From Diplonema japonicum (taxonomy: Eukaryota; Protista; Euglenozoa: Diplonemea), in the NCBI GenBank assembly GCA_964019335.1, contig OZ025699.1, forward strand, positions 248,001 through 312,000: 64,000 nt of DNA. The letters run 5' to 3'. Every line of letters begins with the position of its first letter. The first letter of the stretch is position 1. Positions 21,409 through 32,240 of the stretch are shown piece by piece. The notes under the pieces were generated by a model that saw only the letters and a list, made by a program, of their open reading frames with translations, ran no database searches and had not been told where the DNA came from. Made by a program: the position numbers and the translations under genes.

Positions 21409-24351
21409 TCACTCCAGGAATTTCTTCACCGAGTCAAGAGGGTTCCCCCCCATGTTGCCCTGTGATATAGGCGAAGCTGTCACAGGAAGCTTTGCTGCCA
21501 TACTTATGACTGTCGACGCTGGCAAGCACCTGAGAACCCCGGAAATGGCATTCCACTTTAAAGTGTACTGCTTAACAAGCCGCCGTGCGCTAGAGGTTCT
21601 CCTCTTAGATGCTGTTGCCTTTCCTTGAATACAACCCTCTATGGCTAGAGCGAGTAGAGCTTCTGTCACTAGAGCAGAGTCGGAAGCAGGCACTGAAGTC
21701 GTGATCAACTGTGCAAATGTGGACATAGATATCCCGGTGTGGCCGCCTGACACGGCGACATGTTTTCTAAACGCCTGCACGCTGAGCAATGTGTCCTTTT
21801 TGAATTCTTCGACTGACGATGCCACGCTGCTGTCATCCGTGCAGACGACGACCTTCGCCTTTCTCAGCTGCGGGAAGACCCTGTCCATGAGCTTGCAAGG
21901 CAGCAGTTGGATGACCCTCACAGGGTTTGCCACACCTTCGTACGTGTATTCCCCCAGATATTTCACCTCAACGTCGTTCGTCACCATCATGTCCAGGCCG
22001 GGCTCGATGAGGGTGTACACCTCCTCGGTTATGAGGATTTGTCCCCCGTGACCGCTGTCAGACACCCTTGCTGTTTGGTTCACTGCTGTTCCATCGTAGT
22101 CGTACGCGCCTTGGGGTGATTTAACAACGTTGGCACGGCCGACGTGGCAGCCCATCCTGACACGGAGGCCGTTGAACAACGTGTCTTGTTGAGTGGCAGG
22201 GTGACATGCCAGCGAAGGAGGCCATGTAGTATCGAACATCAACTGCTGAACCTGGCACATGAAGTCAACGGCGCGGACAGCGTCCTTAAAGGCCACCATG
22301 AATGAATCTCCTAACGTCTTTACCTCATACCCGCAAAATCTTTCAATCTGCGATCTTATAATGCCATGGTGTAAGTGCAGTGCTTCCGTCATCACCGCCG
22401 CATCGGAGCTCCATAAATCGGAGCTTTTTTGAATGTCGGTGAACACAAACGCGATCTCACCATCCCTCGGCGCATGGCGGGAGTACTTTCTTTGCTTATA
22501 CCACGTCCATCCCCAAGACGCCCCCAATATTAGAATAACAGCGAGAAAACTAACGAGAATGGTTAAGACAATAACTGTGGTGTAGTCGGAGGACGACGAT
22601 GGGGTATTCTCGGGGAATTTTGGGTCGGCGGTTATCTCCATCATTTCCAAGCAGGCTTGGTGAGTGGCGGCATCGACGGGGGAACCGTTCAACACCCGTT
22701 CTAAAAGCCTTTGGACTGTTCGGTTTGCCTGTAATCTTGCGATTTTGAAGCATCCGTGGCTTGGGAAGCTCAACGGGACGGAGTACCTCATCTGTTCAGT
22801 CGTGGCCCTGCAGATCTCGCCACATGAAATCCCCCTGAGCTTGACTATCTTCACATCATAGGAAGAGTACGCACCGAGCCGGCTCACCATAAACACCCTT
22901 GTGGAGACGCCCCTCATGAACGGAATCTTCTCAGCAGTTCGTGTATCGACAAGCGTCGTTTCGTTGTGATCGCGGTTCCTCCCATGGATATTCCACGAGA
23001 TGGGATCGCCTGTTGTTGTGTCGCTGCTTGTAACGAATTGATATGAAGTTATTGTAACCGGGGCATCAAAGGTGATCGTGAACGAAACAACATTGTCTTC
23101 TGCAAAGCCGGTCCAATCAACACCTTTTACAGATAGATTACCTGCGCTAGTTGGTGAAAAACTGATTGGTTTCAGTTCGTGGTTCCCGTCCCATAAGATA
23201 ATCCGCCCGAGCTTGCAGTCAGGCGGTGCAGGCTGCCTTGCTTCACGAAGGATGGACTCGTACGCGGGGATCAACGACTCGCTGAACGCAGCTTGTTTCA
23301 ACCAGTCCCTTCGAGGGTCCATGAGGTACTCTATAAATGACCATGTTACATTGCGTTTCGACCCCTGTACCCACGATGGTATTGCCCAACCGGAACCCCC
23401 CAAGAAATTAAACGGTCCAACCGGCCCTGCGGGAACCTGCGCAATCCCAACCGCAGATCTTGAAAGCAATGTGTTATTCTCAACGCCGAACAAGAACGAT
23501 AACAGCCTGGGAGGTCCTGTCATATGGGCTACACGGCCGTTTTTGAACTCCTCTGCGATGTCTGTTAGGTTCGCCTGCCTCCAAGGGTGGTGTGATTCGA
23601 ACAGATCGGTGTATGACGATAATGCGTAATGAAAAAGCTTGTCCGAAAAGCTGCACTCGCCTTTCTTCGCGCTCACAAAGCTGGACCCTTGTCCATGGAT
23701 GAAGGACACCAGGATCTGCATGACCTCGTTCGTACCGCTGACGTCGGGTGCGGCCCAGCTCCACAGCGTCGCATTCTCATGTGCACGAACCGCCTTTTCC
23801 AAAATCTTCCCGTTCCGCTTTGCGTCGCCGATGGTGGTAGGGGGCCGATCGTGGTTTAAATATTTCAGGTACAAATCACGCCTGTAAAACAGTACATGTG
23901 CGTGGATGTCAAAAGGAAGTAGGTGCCACTGTTTGACCTTGGTCTCCTTCGTGGGGAAGGTGTAGGAGATCCGCAGATTGTTCACGAAGTCCGACTCGAT
24001 GCGGCCGTAGATGCCCCGTTTCACCGCCCATGCGTCTAGCTCAGGAGTGATCGAAGACAGGAAGCCCTCCTCGTTGAGTTCCGACACCCACTCGTTGGCG
24101 GTCAGGACAACGTCGGCACCTACCTCCTGCGACAGATTTGCTTTGATGGAGTTGTACAGAGTGTTGAAGCTACGCTCTTGGTATATTTGTATATGTAGAC
24201 CGCTAATCCTCGAAAACGCGTCCGCAGCAGCCTCAAAGACCTCATGCGCATCATCACCATATGGGTGCACCAGCGTCACCGTGCTGTCATTGGACAAGGA
24301 TGCTACCACATTCACCGTCAGTACTATCATCATGGTGACCTTTTGTCTCAT
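21409..24351 (-). CDS. Receptor-type adenylate cyclase: extracellular sugar-binding (SBP family 1-like) domain, TM helix, class III cyclase
   Basis: Signal peptide. SBP motifs LPFD..LFYRRDL, FKNGRVA, GGSGWAI. TM helix VIVLTILVSFLAVILILG. Cyclase motifs FTDIQKSS.LW, EVKTLGDSFM, RVRMGCHVG, YDYDGTAVNQTARV. Confidence 0.92.
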   Translation of the reverse strand: MRQKVTMMIVLTVNVVASLSNDSTVTLVHPYGDDAHEVFEAAADAFSRISGLHIQIYQERSFNTLYNSIKANLSQEVGADVVLTANEWVSELNEEGFLSSITPELDAWAVKRGIYGRIESDFVNNLRISYTFPTKETKVKQWHLLPFDIHAHVLFYRRDLYLKYLNHDRPPTTIGDAKRNGKILEKAVRAHENATLWSWAAPDVSGTNEVMQILVSFIHGQGSSFVSAKKGECSFSDKLFHYALSSYTDLFESHHPWRQANLTDIAEEFKNGRVAHMTGPPRLLSFLFGVENNTLLSRSAVGIAQVPAGPVGPFNFLGGSGWAIPSWVQGSKRNVTWSFIEYLMDPRRDWLKQAAFSESLIPAYESILREARQPAPPDCKLGRIILWDGNHELKPISFSPTSAGNLSVKGVDWTGFAEDNVVSFTITFDAPVTITSYQFVTSSDTTTGDPISWNIHGRNRDHNETTLVDTRTAEKIPFMRGVSTRVFMVSRLGAYSSYDVKIVKLRGISCGEICRATTEQMRYSVPLSFPSHGCFKIARLQANRTVQRLLERVLNGSPVDAATHQACLEMMEITADPKFPENTPSSSSDYTTVIVLTILVSFLAVILILGASWGWTWYKQRKYSRHAPRDGEIAFVFTDIQKSSDLWSSDAAVMTEALHLHHGIIRSQIERFCGYEVKTLGDSFMVAFKDAVRAVDFMCQVQQLMFDTTWPPSLACHPATQQDTLFNGLRVRMGCHVGRANVVKSPQGAYDYDGTAVNQTARVSDSGHGGQILITEEVYTLIEPGLDMMVTNDVEVKYLGEYTYEGVANPVRVIQLLPCKLMDRVFPQLRKAKVVVCTDDSSVASSVEEFKKDTLLSVQAFRKHVAVSGGHTGISMSTFAQLITTSVPASDSALVTEALLALAIEGCIQGKATASKRRTSSARRLVKQYTLKWNAISGVLRCLPASTVISMAAKLPVTASPISQGNMGGNPLDSVKKFLE

Positions 24352-24481
24352 TTTTTTCTTTTTTTTTTCTCCCACCTCTCCTGCTCTTGAAATGATGGTG
24401 TGTGGGGGGGAAGAGGGGGGGGGAAAAAAAAACTCATGATTTTTTTTTCTTCCTCTTCCCCCGAGTTCCTCCCCTCCTCCC

Positions 24482-24715
24482 CTATTTCGTTGATTTCTTT
24501 CCCTTCTCGATGACCTCCAGTGTCAGCGATGGGTGGATCGACAGCTGTATTTTGGTCGCCTTTCTGGTGTCCTTCACCACGAGAGTGTACAGGAACCTGG
24601 AGCACCTCACCTTGAACTTGGTGTTCTCAGCGTTCTTCTTGACCTTCACCTTCTTCGTGTCCGCCCTGGAGCAAATAGCCAGGAACTGCTTCAAGTCCTT
24701 AAGCTCCTTCGGCAT
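24482..24715 (-). CDS. RPL38: 60S ribosomal protein L38 (eL38)
   Basis: MPKELKDLKQFL..R.D..VKVKKN..TKFKVRCSRFLYTLVV.D..KA.K, 77 aa. Confidence 0.97.
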   Translation of the reverse strand: MPKELKDLKQFLAICSRADTKKVKVKKNAENTKFKVRCSRFLYTLVVKDTRKATKIQLSIHPSLTLEVIEKGKKSTK

Positions 24716-24941
24716 TTTTTTCTCTCTCTTTTTTTTTTTTTTTTTCCCCCTGAACGGTTCCTTGATGTGTATTTTTTGTAGGGTTTGCAAAGTTGGGATT
24801 TGGAGCCGAGCTTCTCATTAAGAAAAAGGGCAGCGAGAACTCCTCACACGTGCGTGATCCGGCCCATCGGGGGCAGTCGGATCCCGACGTTGCTGCTCAG
24901 ACAGTTGTTGTTGAACAGGCAAGGATCACGACAAAAAAAAA

Positions 24942-27900
24942 GAGATGAGATAAAGGAGGTTCCTGTTTTGGAACGTCCCCCTTGTCTCTACTTATCTACC
25001 CCTTTCTCCCTTCTGGGGCCTCGGCCTTTCTTTCTTTTTTGGCTGTGTTGCCTTCCTCAAAGTATCCTCCCTTTCTTCTTGCCACTTTCTGCCCAGTTTC
25101 TTAAGGTCCTTCTTGGTTTTCTCTGATGCAAAAACTGGCCTTCTGTTCCATCCCAGACTCTTCTTCGCACCTATGGTTCTAAGCGCGTGGTTCTTCTTGC
25201 TCTCCGCTGGGAAGATCCGCTTGCCTCTGACCTTCTTCTGTATGCGTGCTGTGTCCCACCCTTCTTGGATTCTTTCCAGGAGGCCGTGGAAACTCCGCGC
25301 TTTCTTCTGTATCATGTCTAGATCACCCTTCTTCCCCGTGATCGGCTCGACGCCCAGCGTGTTCTCGAAGTCTAGTACGAGTTCCATTGTGGTGACTGTC
25401 GTCTTCCTCGGTCCATCGTACCACTTCAGCTTTTTGAGCCACTTGACGATGTCTTCACCGTGCTTCATCATCAGGCTCCCGCTCACATGCTTCCTCAGCT
25501 CCTTCCATTCAGGTGGCGCATGAGCGTTTCCTTCCGTTATCTGTTCCCAGGGGTGCGTCGTGTACGTTTCTAGCTTTCTCTTGTCCTGGAGAAGCTGGTC
25601 CCGTTTTGCCACCACTTCCAGCAGGTAGTATTGCGTCTTCCTCAGCCGGTGTTGGTGTGTTCGGTGACCACGCGGGAGCGTTCCATGTAGCTGCATGCAG
25701 ATTGGCATTTCCGTCTTGCTGGCCACTACTTCTGCATGTACTTCCTTCTGTTGCACCTCCTTCGCCACACTGCATTCCCATAATGCGTGTCGCAGCATGT
25801 TGCTCTCGTCCTCCTCCGCACCGCACGCGTCGCATGTGACTTCGTCTGTTGTTGGTCTCTTGTTCACACGCTCGTGTGTCTCGTCCCCTTCCTCTTCCGA
25901 GCTGTCCTCGCTTTCGCTCTGCTCGCCCTCTGGGGGTGGTACCCGTCTGGTGATTTTGTCCTGGTACCACGCCTTTGGGTGGGTGTAGAAAACCCCTCCC
26001 GCCACGATCCTCCGGAGGTCTCTCGCTGCCATTGCTCCTTGTGGTCCGAGTCTCATCAGCTCTCGCCACAGGTCGTTCGTGCGTGGGTCTGCGCCCCGGT
26101 CTAACCCCTCCATCGAGCGTCTTCTGTCCTGTATGTGTTCCGCACGTCCCGACCTTAGCTTTTCTCGCACTACATGTGCGAATTTGTCCTTGTTCTCAGC
26201 TAGCATTTCGGTGAACTGCCCCCAGTTTGTGCTGATCTTCGGGAGCCACCGCTTCATCGCGTTGCCTATCGGGCCCAAAGGTGTCGTTCTTGTCGGGTCT
26301 TGGTACCCTTTGGCAAGTCTCTGGCACCGCTCCCACACCTCTCCCAATTTTCGTCTCGTTCTGTATATGGCTGCTAGTGCTCTGTAGGGCGCTGCTACCT
26401 CTGGGTCGTGTGTGTGTCCGCTGAACAGGTTTGACAGCACCGCCGCTGGTGATCTTGTTCTGTACCTCGGTCCCCACAAGGCGTATGTCGCGGTTGATGT
26501 GAGCGATTTGAGGTATCCTTCCGACGGCGGCGCGAATGCAACATCATACAGACAGCTGGGTAGCACCGTTGTTCGCAGGACTTCCGCTTTCTGCCAGAAA
26601 GAGAGCTGAGTGGTCGCGAGCCTCCGTAGCGTGTCGCCCGCCGCCCTGGCCCTGGTGTTGTCCGTCTGCGTCTGACCATCCGTGCGTATCCTCGCCCCCA
26701 GGATCTTGATCTTGTTCGTGGACCGCAGCTGCCTTCCTGCTACCTCTATCCCTGGTGCCTTCGCTCCTGCTGCGAACACTTCGGACTTCTTCGTGTTGAG
26801 CTCCATGCCAACTATGTCGCAGAATGCGGATGCACTGTCCGTGGCTTTTTGTAGTACTTCTGCTAGTTTCGCCAACAGGTATGCGTCGTCCGCATACGAC
26901 AGAGTCTCCGCTCCCGTTCGTTCCTCCACACTCCTCATCAAGACCGCTAGTAGAGCGTTGATCATGATGATGGAGATCGGGCACCCTTGCAGGATTCCGT
27001 TTGTGGTTGTGAACTCCTCGCCTACTCCTGTCGCGTATCTGAATCTCCTTCTGAGACCCTTGTACATCCCTTCTAACGCTCTCAGGATACCTTTGTCCAT
27101 TCCCATCCGTTCCATCAGCTTCAGCACCAGTTGTTGTGGAACTGTGTCAAAACACTTGGCGAAGTCTAGTGCGACACCCAACAACGGTGTCTTGTCCATC
27201 GCTGCTTCCTCTATCCTGGTGCAGATGTCCATGAGAACGTCCTCTGTCCCATGTCTGGCCCTAAACCCGTGTTGAGTTTTGTGGATCCAGGATTCTTGCC
27301 ATTCGAGAATATCACCAAGCCTTGTGCACGCCCATAATCTGTACACTGCCGACGTGACTGTTATGGGCCGATGCTCGAGTGGTCCTGCGTTCTTGGTCTT
27401 CGGGATAAGGGTCACCAGAGCTGTCAACGCCGACTCCGGCCATTTTCCTGTCTCCTCTACCTCATTGAGGAAAACAGCCCATGCGTCCAATATGGATACT
27501 GGTAGCCTTCGTAGCTCTGCCATCCGCCAGCCGTCTACCCCCGCTGCGCTTCTGGCCGTCTTTTTCTTCAGCACCTGCTTCAGGCGTATCCCAGTGATCG
27601 GTGTCCACACCATGTCTCTTTTTTCGATGTACGCACCGTACTCCTTCTCGAATGTTGCGTACGCGGGCTGGGGCTTGTCTCTGTATTTCGCAAAGACATG
27701 TTCCCAATGTTCCCTCATTGTCCTGTCCAATTCCTGCGGGTTTGCAATCGTGTCCTTTTCCATCTCCACAGTTGCTGTCCCCCGCTTGTCCTCGATTCCT
27801 TTCGCGCTGTCCACGAGCTCCTTCGTCTCTTTTCCTTGTTCGACTGAGTCAAGGTAGCTCCTGTGCCTTGCCGTGCGCTGTTCCTTCACCATCTCCCGTT

Positions 27901-28219
27901 CGCGTCTCTCCACCGCCTCTGACATGATCTCTGCATCCGCCACCATGTCCTCGATGTTGGCCTGCGTCGGGTCAATGGGTAGGCACTTCACGCGCGTGTG
28001 TTCGAGCTCCCCGTTCAGGTTGTGGATTGTGTTCACCGTAACCTTACTGAGCTGCCCTCCTCCTCTTTTCTGCAACATGTTGAGCTGCGTCTGAATGGCT
28101 CTCAGCCTGCCTCGCATTTTCTCCAGCCGTACTTGCATGATCGACGCTGCCCCACACGAGCCAGTTGTTGTTGGTGCACATAGTTGTCTCTTGCGGTTGT
28201 CTCACCTTGCCGCGGCCCC
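24942..28219 (-). mobile_element. 5'-truncated non-LTR retrotransposon, T-tailed lineage subfamily A (RT + Zn finger + uncharacterised C-terminal domain)
   Basis: Intact 1048-aa ORF. Short 3' UTR followed by sense T9 (24933-24941). Sense T8 at the 5' junction (28220-28227). Confidence 0.9.
24992..28138 (-). CDS. Reverse transcriptase ORF (endonuclease lost by 5' truncation)
   Basis: RPITVTS, QHGFR, LDFAKCFDTV, GILQGCP, YADD, CDAC..HALWEC. Confidence 0.9.
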   Translation of the reverse strand: MQVRLEKMRGRLRAIQTQLNMLQKRGGGQLSKVTVNTIHNLNGELEHTRVKCLPIDPTQANIEDMVADAEIMSEAVERREREMVKEQRTARHRSYLDSVEQGKETKELVDSAKGIEDKRGTATVEMEKDTIANPQELDRTMREHWEHVFAKYRDKPQPAYATFEKEYGAYIEKRDMVWTPITGIRLKQVLKKKTARSAAGVDGWRMAELRRLPVSILDAWAVFLNEVEETGKWPESALTALVTLIPKTKNAGPLEHRPITVTSAVYRLWACTRLGDILEWQESWIHKTQHGFRARHGTEDVLMDICTRIEEAAMDKTPLLGVALDFAKCFDTVPQQLVLKLMERMGMDKGILRALEGMYKGLRRRFRYATGVGEEFTTTNGILQGCPISIIMINALLAVLMRSVEERTGAETLSYADDAYLLAKLAEVLQKATDSASAFCDIVGMELNTKKSEVFAAGAKAPGIEVAGRQLRSTNKIKILGARIRTDGQTQTDNTRARAAGDTLRRLATTQLSFWQKAEVLRTTVLPSCLYDVAFAPPSEGYLKSLTSTATYALWGPRYRTRSPAAVLSNLFSGHTHDPEVAAPYRALAAIYRTRRKLGEVWERCQRLAKGYQDPTRTTPLGPIGNAMKRWLPKISTNWGQFTEMLAENKDKFAHVVREKLRSGRAEHIQDRRRSMEGLDRGADPRTNDLWRELMRLGPQGAMAARDLRRIVAGGVFYTHPKAWYQDKITRRVPPPEGEQSESEDSSEEEGDETHERVNKRPTTDEVTCDACGAEEDESNMLRHALWECSVAKEVQQKEVHAEVVASKTEMPICMQLHGTLPRGHRTHQHRLRKTQYYLLEVVAKRDQLLQDKRKLETYTTHPWEQITEGNAHAPPEWKELRKHVSGSLMMKHGEDIVKWLKKLKWYDGPRKTTVTTMELVLDFENTLGVEPITGKKGDLDMIQKKARSFHGLLERIQEGWDTARIQKKVRGKRIFPAESKKNHALRTIGAKKSLGWNRRPVFASEKTKKDLKKLGRKWQEEREDTLRKATQPKKKERPRPQKGERGR

Positions 28220-28684
28220 AAAAAAAAGGAACAAAATTGATGGACATTTCAGGCGGCTAGGGAAAATAAAAGGGGGGGGGATACTATAAAAAAACACGCA
28301 GCAGAGGAGAATGGGGGGGGGGGGGGGTGATTTCCAAAGGTTTCTGTTTCGTGTAATGGTTTACTTGTGTTTAAAAAAAAATCAACAACGAGAACACGAT
28401 TTGGAAAAGCAAAGAGTTAACTGACCAGGTGGGGGGGGGGGGGGGAGAAAACAAAAAAGAAGAAAATGAAATTAAGCAATACACTCAGTGCACCGGGAAC
28501 GAACGGGTTTTTAAGTGGAAATTTCACGCTCCCACGAGTGTTGACTAAGTACCTGAGCACTGGGAATTCTTCTGATACAGGGAGAAGGCCTCTTTCCCTA
28601 TTGTGACGGCTCGTATCTACCTATGATGTTCCTGTGATCATTCCCTGCTACCCACCGTAGTGCTTAGCTGACGTTTGTATCTTC

Positions 28685-28726
<42 letters not shown>

Positions 28727-28798
28727 AGCAGCTGAAAAAGCTCCGAGGCAGGAATGTGGAAAAAGCATGCAGCCGCGGGGGGAATACGAAGAGACGGA

Positions 28799-28829
<31 letters not shown>

Positions 28830-29087
28830 GGAAAGGAAAAAGAAAAAAAGAAAAAAAAAAAAAAGAAAGTAGGAACACCGAGAACATAACTTTGCATCAT
28901 GCACGCAAGCATGAAAAAAAGAAGAAGAAGAAAAAAAAATGAAAACTATTCCCTGAGAGAACAGATAACCCGACGATTAAAAGATATCACAAAGAAGAAG
29001 AAGAAGAAGAAGAAATATGTAAGAGCAAAGGAGGCCAGTGTTGGTGGCAACCTGCACAAAGCATTATATATCTATATAACCACCTTG

Positions 29088-29136
<49 letters not shown>

Positions 29137-29395
29137 AATCGGCAACTACTTTTTCCTTCTTTTTTTTTTTTTTTTCTTTTTTTTTTTTTCAATTCTTGAA
29201 GGGGACAATATTGTAAGGGAATGATAAAAAAGGGAGGGAGGGTAAAAAAAAAAAAAAAAAAGAATCTTTTTTTTTTTAAAAAAAAGAAGAAAAAAAAAAA
29301 AAAAAAAACCCACATGAAAACGAGCAAGCACACGCTTTTTCTTTTTTTTTTTTTTACACCCCCCCTTTTTTTTCCTTTCTCCCCAACACTACACA

Positions 29396-30490
29396 CTAGT
29401 AGTCATCAGGGCACCCGAGGTGAGCAGGGTCACTCGAGGCAAAAGAAGACGTGAAACCATCGCACACCCTCTCCGCAGGAAGAGCAGAGACGGCATCGTA
29501 AAGGCAAGTAACGGAACAATTCCCATCAAGCTTGTAGTTAGAAGGGCAGGTGTCCCAACAAGCAGGTTTTTGCTGTCTAATGCCCTTGATGATGTTGTTG
29601 GATACACAGGTGGAGTTGATCCTGCGGGTCATGGACAGTTTCCTCCACCAACAGTCCTCTCCAACCGTCTGCCCGGGCTGGCACTCCCCAGGGGCCTGTG
29701 TTGAGAACCAGGTACCATTAAGCTTCTGCGCGGCTTGCGCGATACGGCCCAGCCACATGGTTGCAGTTCCGTTCATTTTAGTGCCGTCTTTGAACATTGT
29801 CCAGGTGTTTGTGTCAACCTTTGTCGATCCGATACCATTCCCAGTGACACACCGAGATGTTGAGTTCTCGTAAGTTAGCACATCACATGCTTTGTTCAAG
29901 TTGCAACGGGAGCAGCATTCTGCAGAATCCAATGTTTCATTCGAGAGAACTGTTTTGAACGACACGGATAAGTTGCTGTAGGTAGGGTGCGTGTAGCACA
30001 CGTCGGGAAGGTTCGGCTGCGGAACGGGAAAGTTGTGGCAAAGCGGGCAGAACTCCGCCCCGACCGACAGCGTCTCCGCAGCGTCGCAGTGGCATTTCTT
30101 CAAATCGCAAACCGATTCAAAAGCAGCCTTGATATTAGGGTCTTCAAACCAACATTGTCCGAAATTCTGGCATTCAAAAACACCCGTATCAGGGTTCGGG
30201 TTGCACAGCCCATACACACCAAGCCTCTCGTCGTGCTCAATCTGGTACTCCTCATAGATGTTATACCCTGGGATGTTCAGGATGGGCACGTTCCTGCAGT
30301 TCAGCTCGTTGGGGTTCTCGGGACACCAGAACGGGAAGGTGAGCTCCATTAAACCGAACATGCAATCGCCCTTCACATCACCCGTGTCCATGTTGGTCAC
30401 TGTGTTGGAGTAGTTCTTCGGCGTCACCCTGTAGAAGGTCCCGTTCACAATACCCGCGGTCGCGAGTGCTGCTAGCGTAGCTGAAAGCAT
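29396..30490 (-). CDS. Secreted cysteine-rich protein with a PAN/apple-like module
   Basis: Signal peptide MLSATLAALATAG, many Cys, CCSRC...CDVLTY...C, WFST..GEC..CWWR. Confidence 0.75.
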   Translation of the reverse strand: MLSATLAALATAGIVNGTFYRVTPKNYSNTVTNMDTGDVKGDCMFGLMELTFPFWCPENPNELNCRNVPILNIPGYNIYEEYQIEHDERLGVYGLCNPNPDTGVFECQNFGQCWFEDPNIKAAFESVCDLKKCHCDAAETLSVGAEFCPLCHNFPVPQPNLPDVCYTHPTYSNLSVSFKTVLSNETLDSAECCSRCNLNKACDVLTYENSTSRCVTGNGIGSTKVDTNTWTMFKDGTKMNGTATMWLGRIAQAAQKLNGTWFSTQAPGECQPGQTVGEDCWWRKLSMTRRINSTCVSNNIIKGIRQQKPACWDTCPSNYKLDGNCSVTCLYDAVSALPAERVCDGFTSSFASSDPAHLGCPDDY

Positions 30491-30522
<32 letters not shown>

Positions 30523-30789
30523 CTCCACTGTTTTGTTTTGAAGCAAACGGAAAAACAAAAAAAAAAAAGTTTTGAAAAAAAATAAGTCGGATCAAAAAAA
30601 AAGGGGGGGGGGATGGATTTGCCACGGAAGTGTGCAAAGAAGAAGAAGAAAAAAAACTCGTGTCACAAGTCGAACGACACTCAGTCCGACCACCACAGCC
30701 GGCTCCAAAGTGTACCATAAAGTAAAAAACAGTCAAACGACACGAAGTAGCGGTGGGGTGGGGTGGGGGAGGGGGCGAAGCCAAAAATG

Positions 30790-31100
30790 CGATCCATAGT
30801 TACCTGTTCTGGGAGGTCTGTCGCAGCACCCTGGCGTGGACCTATGAGTGACCGGCGGGTGGTCTGCTCATAGTCGATGGCGAGTTCCATTGTCGTGACG
30901 GTAGTTTTCTTCTAAGCCACCTGAGGACTTGCCTGATGCCCTTCGACCTTAGTAACGCTTTCGTTGGAACACCACGCTCCTCCCCGTCGTTGCCTCATCC
31001 TAAGGGTTGGAGGTGAGCTTTGCTAGACTTGCTTTTTCCGCTGCTCTGGAGGAATTGCTTTTCAACACATTCTTTGCTCGCATTCCCACAGTCCATGCTA
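30790..31100 (-). mobile_element. Decayed fragment of the T-tailed LINE C-terminal domain
   Basis: KTTVTTMELAIDYE versus KTTVTTMELVLDFE in the 24992-28138 ORF. Confidence 0.7.
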
Positions 31101-31228
31101 AAGGAAAAAGAAAAAAAAAAAAAAAGAGCGAGAAGAGGGAGGACAAGGGTAAAAAGGATTATTTTTCTGACGGCAGTAGTAGCACGAACACTACACATAA
31201 CCCTTCCTCCCAGGTTATCAAAAAAAAA

Positions 31229-31351
31229 GAGTCGGTTGATTGTTGTTCGTGCACAGCCGGGGTTAACCTGTAGAAGGATAAGCCCAACAATGCTACCACT
31301 ACTCTTTTTAGCAATAACAATTCATTATCAATATATTGTTTTTCTTGTTTA

Positions 31352-31394
<43 letters not shown>

Positions 31395-32017
31395 AAAAAT
31401 AATTCTTTATGACTATATGTCTTCGTTGTTCGCACGAGCAAAAGAGGGTTTTAAAAAAGCTACGAAAGCTATTTTTTGCTCGGCACAAGTTGCATATAGT
31501 TATAAAATCATTTTTTGAAAGATACATATTTGTAACAAAAAAAAATTCATCTAACAAAAAAAGGGGGGGGGGGAAGAAACAAACAGTCAGCATCACAGCG
31601 GACTGACAAGAAAACAAAGACCTACGGCCCGATGGTTAAAAACAGTCAATGATGGGTCGGCCTGGAGGGACCCTGAACACCAGAACTGAGCCAATTTGAA
31701 AGCCGTAGCTATGAATTCTTCTTTCAAAACAGTTCAGCACCAAGAAAAAAATAATAATAATAATTCGTTATGACTATATGTCTTTGTGTTCATAACAGCA
31801 AAAAAAAAGAGTCGGTTGATTGTTGTTTGTGCACAGCCGGGATTAACCTGTAGAAGGATAAGCCCAACAATGCTACCACTACTCTTTTTAGCAATAACAA
31901 TTCATTATCAATATTGTTTTTCTTGTTCATGCAAAAAGAAATTAAAAAAAAAAGGTGCGAAAGATCTTTTTTTTTTTTTTTTTGCTCGGCACAAGTTGCA
32001 TATGAACAAAACAAAAC

Positions 32018-32070
<53 letters not shown>

Positions 32071-32204
32071 ATGCAATAGTAAAAAGAAATAATAAATAAT
32101 AATAATAATAATTGTTTATGACTATATTGTTTTTGTTGTTCGTACGAGCAATATAAAAAAAAAAAAAAAGAAAAAAAAAATGTTTCTTTTTTTAAAAAAG
32201 CTGC

Positions 32205-32240
<36 letters not shown>

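Noticed and set aside
28623-28670. Possible C/D snoRNA (ATGATG...CTGA)
   Set aside because: Too short, imperfect C box, and no recognisable rRNA guide.
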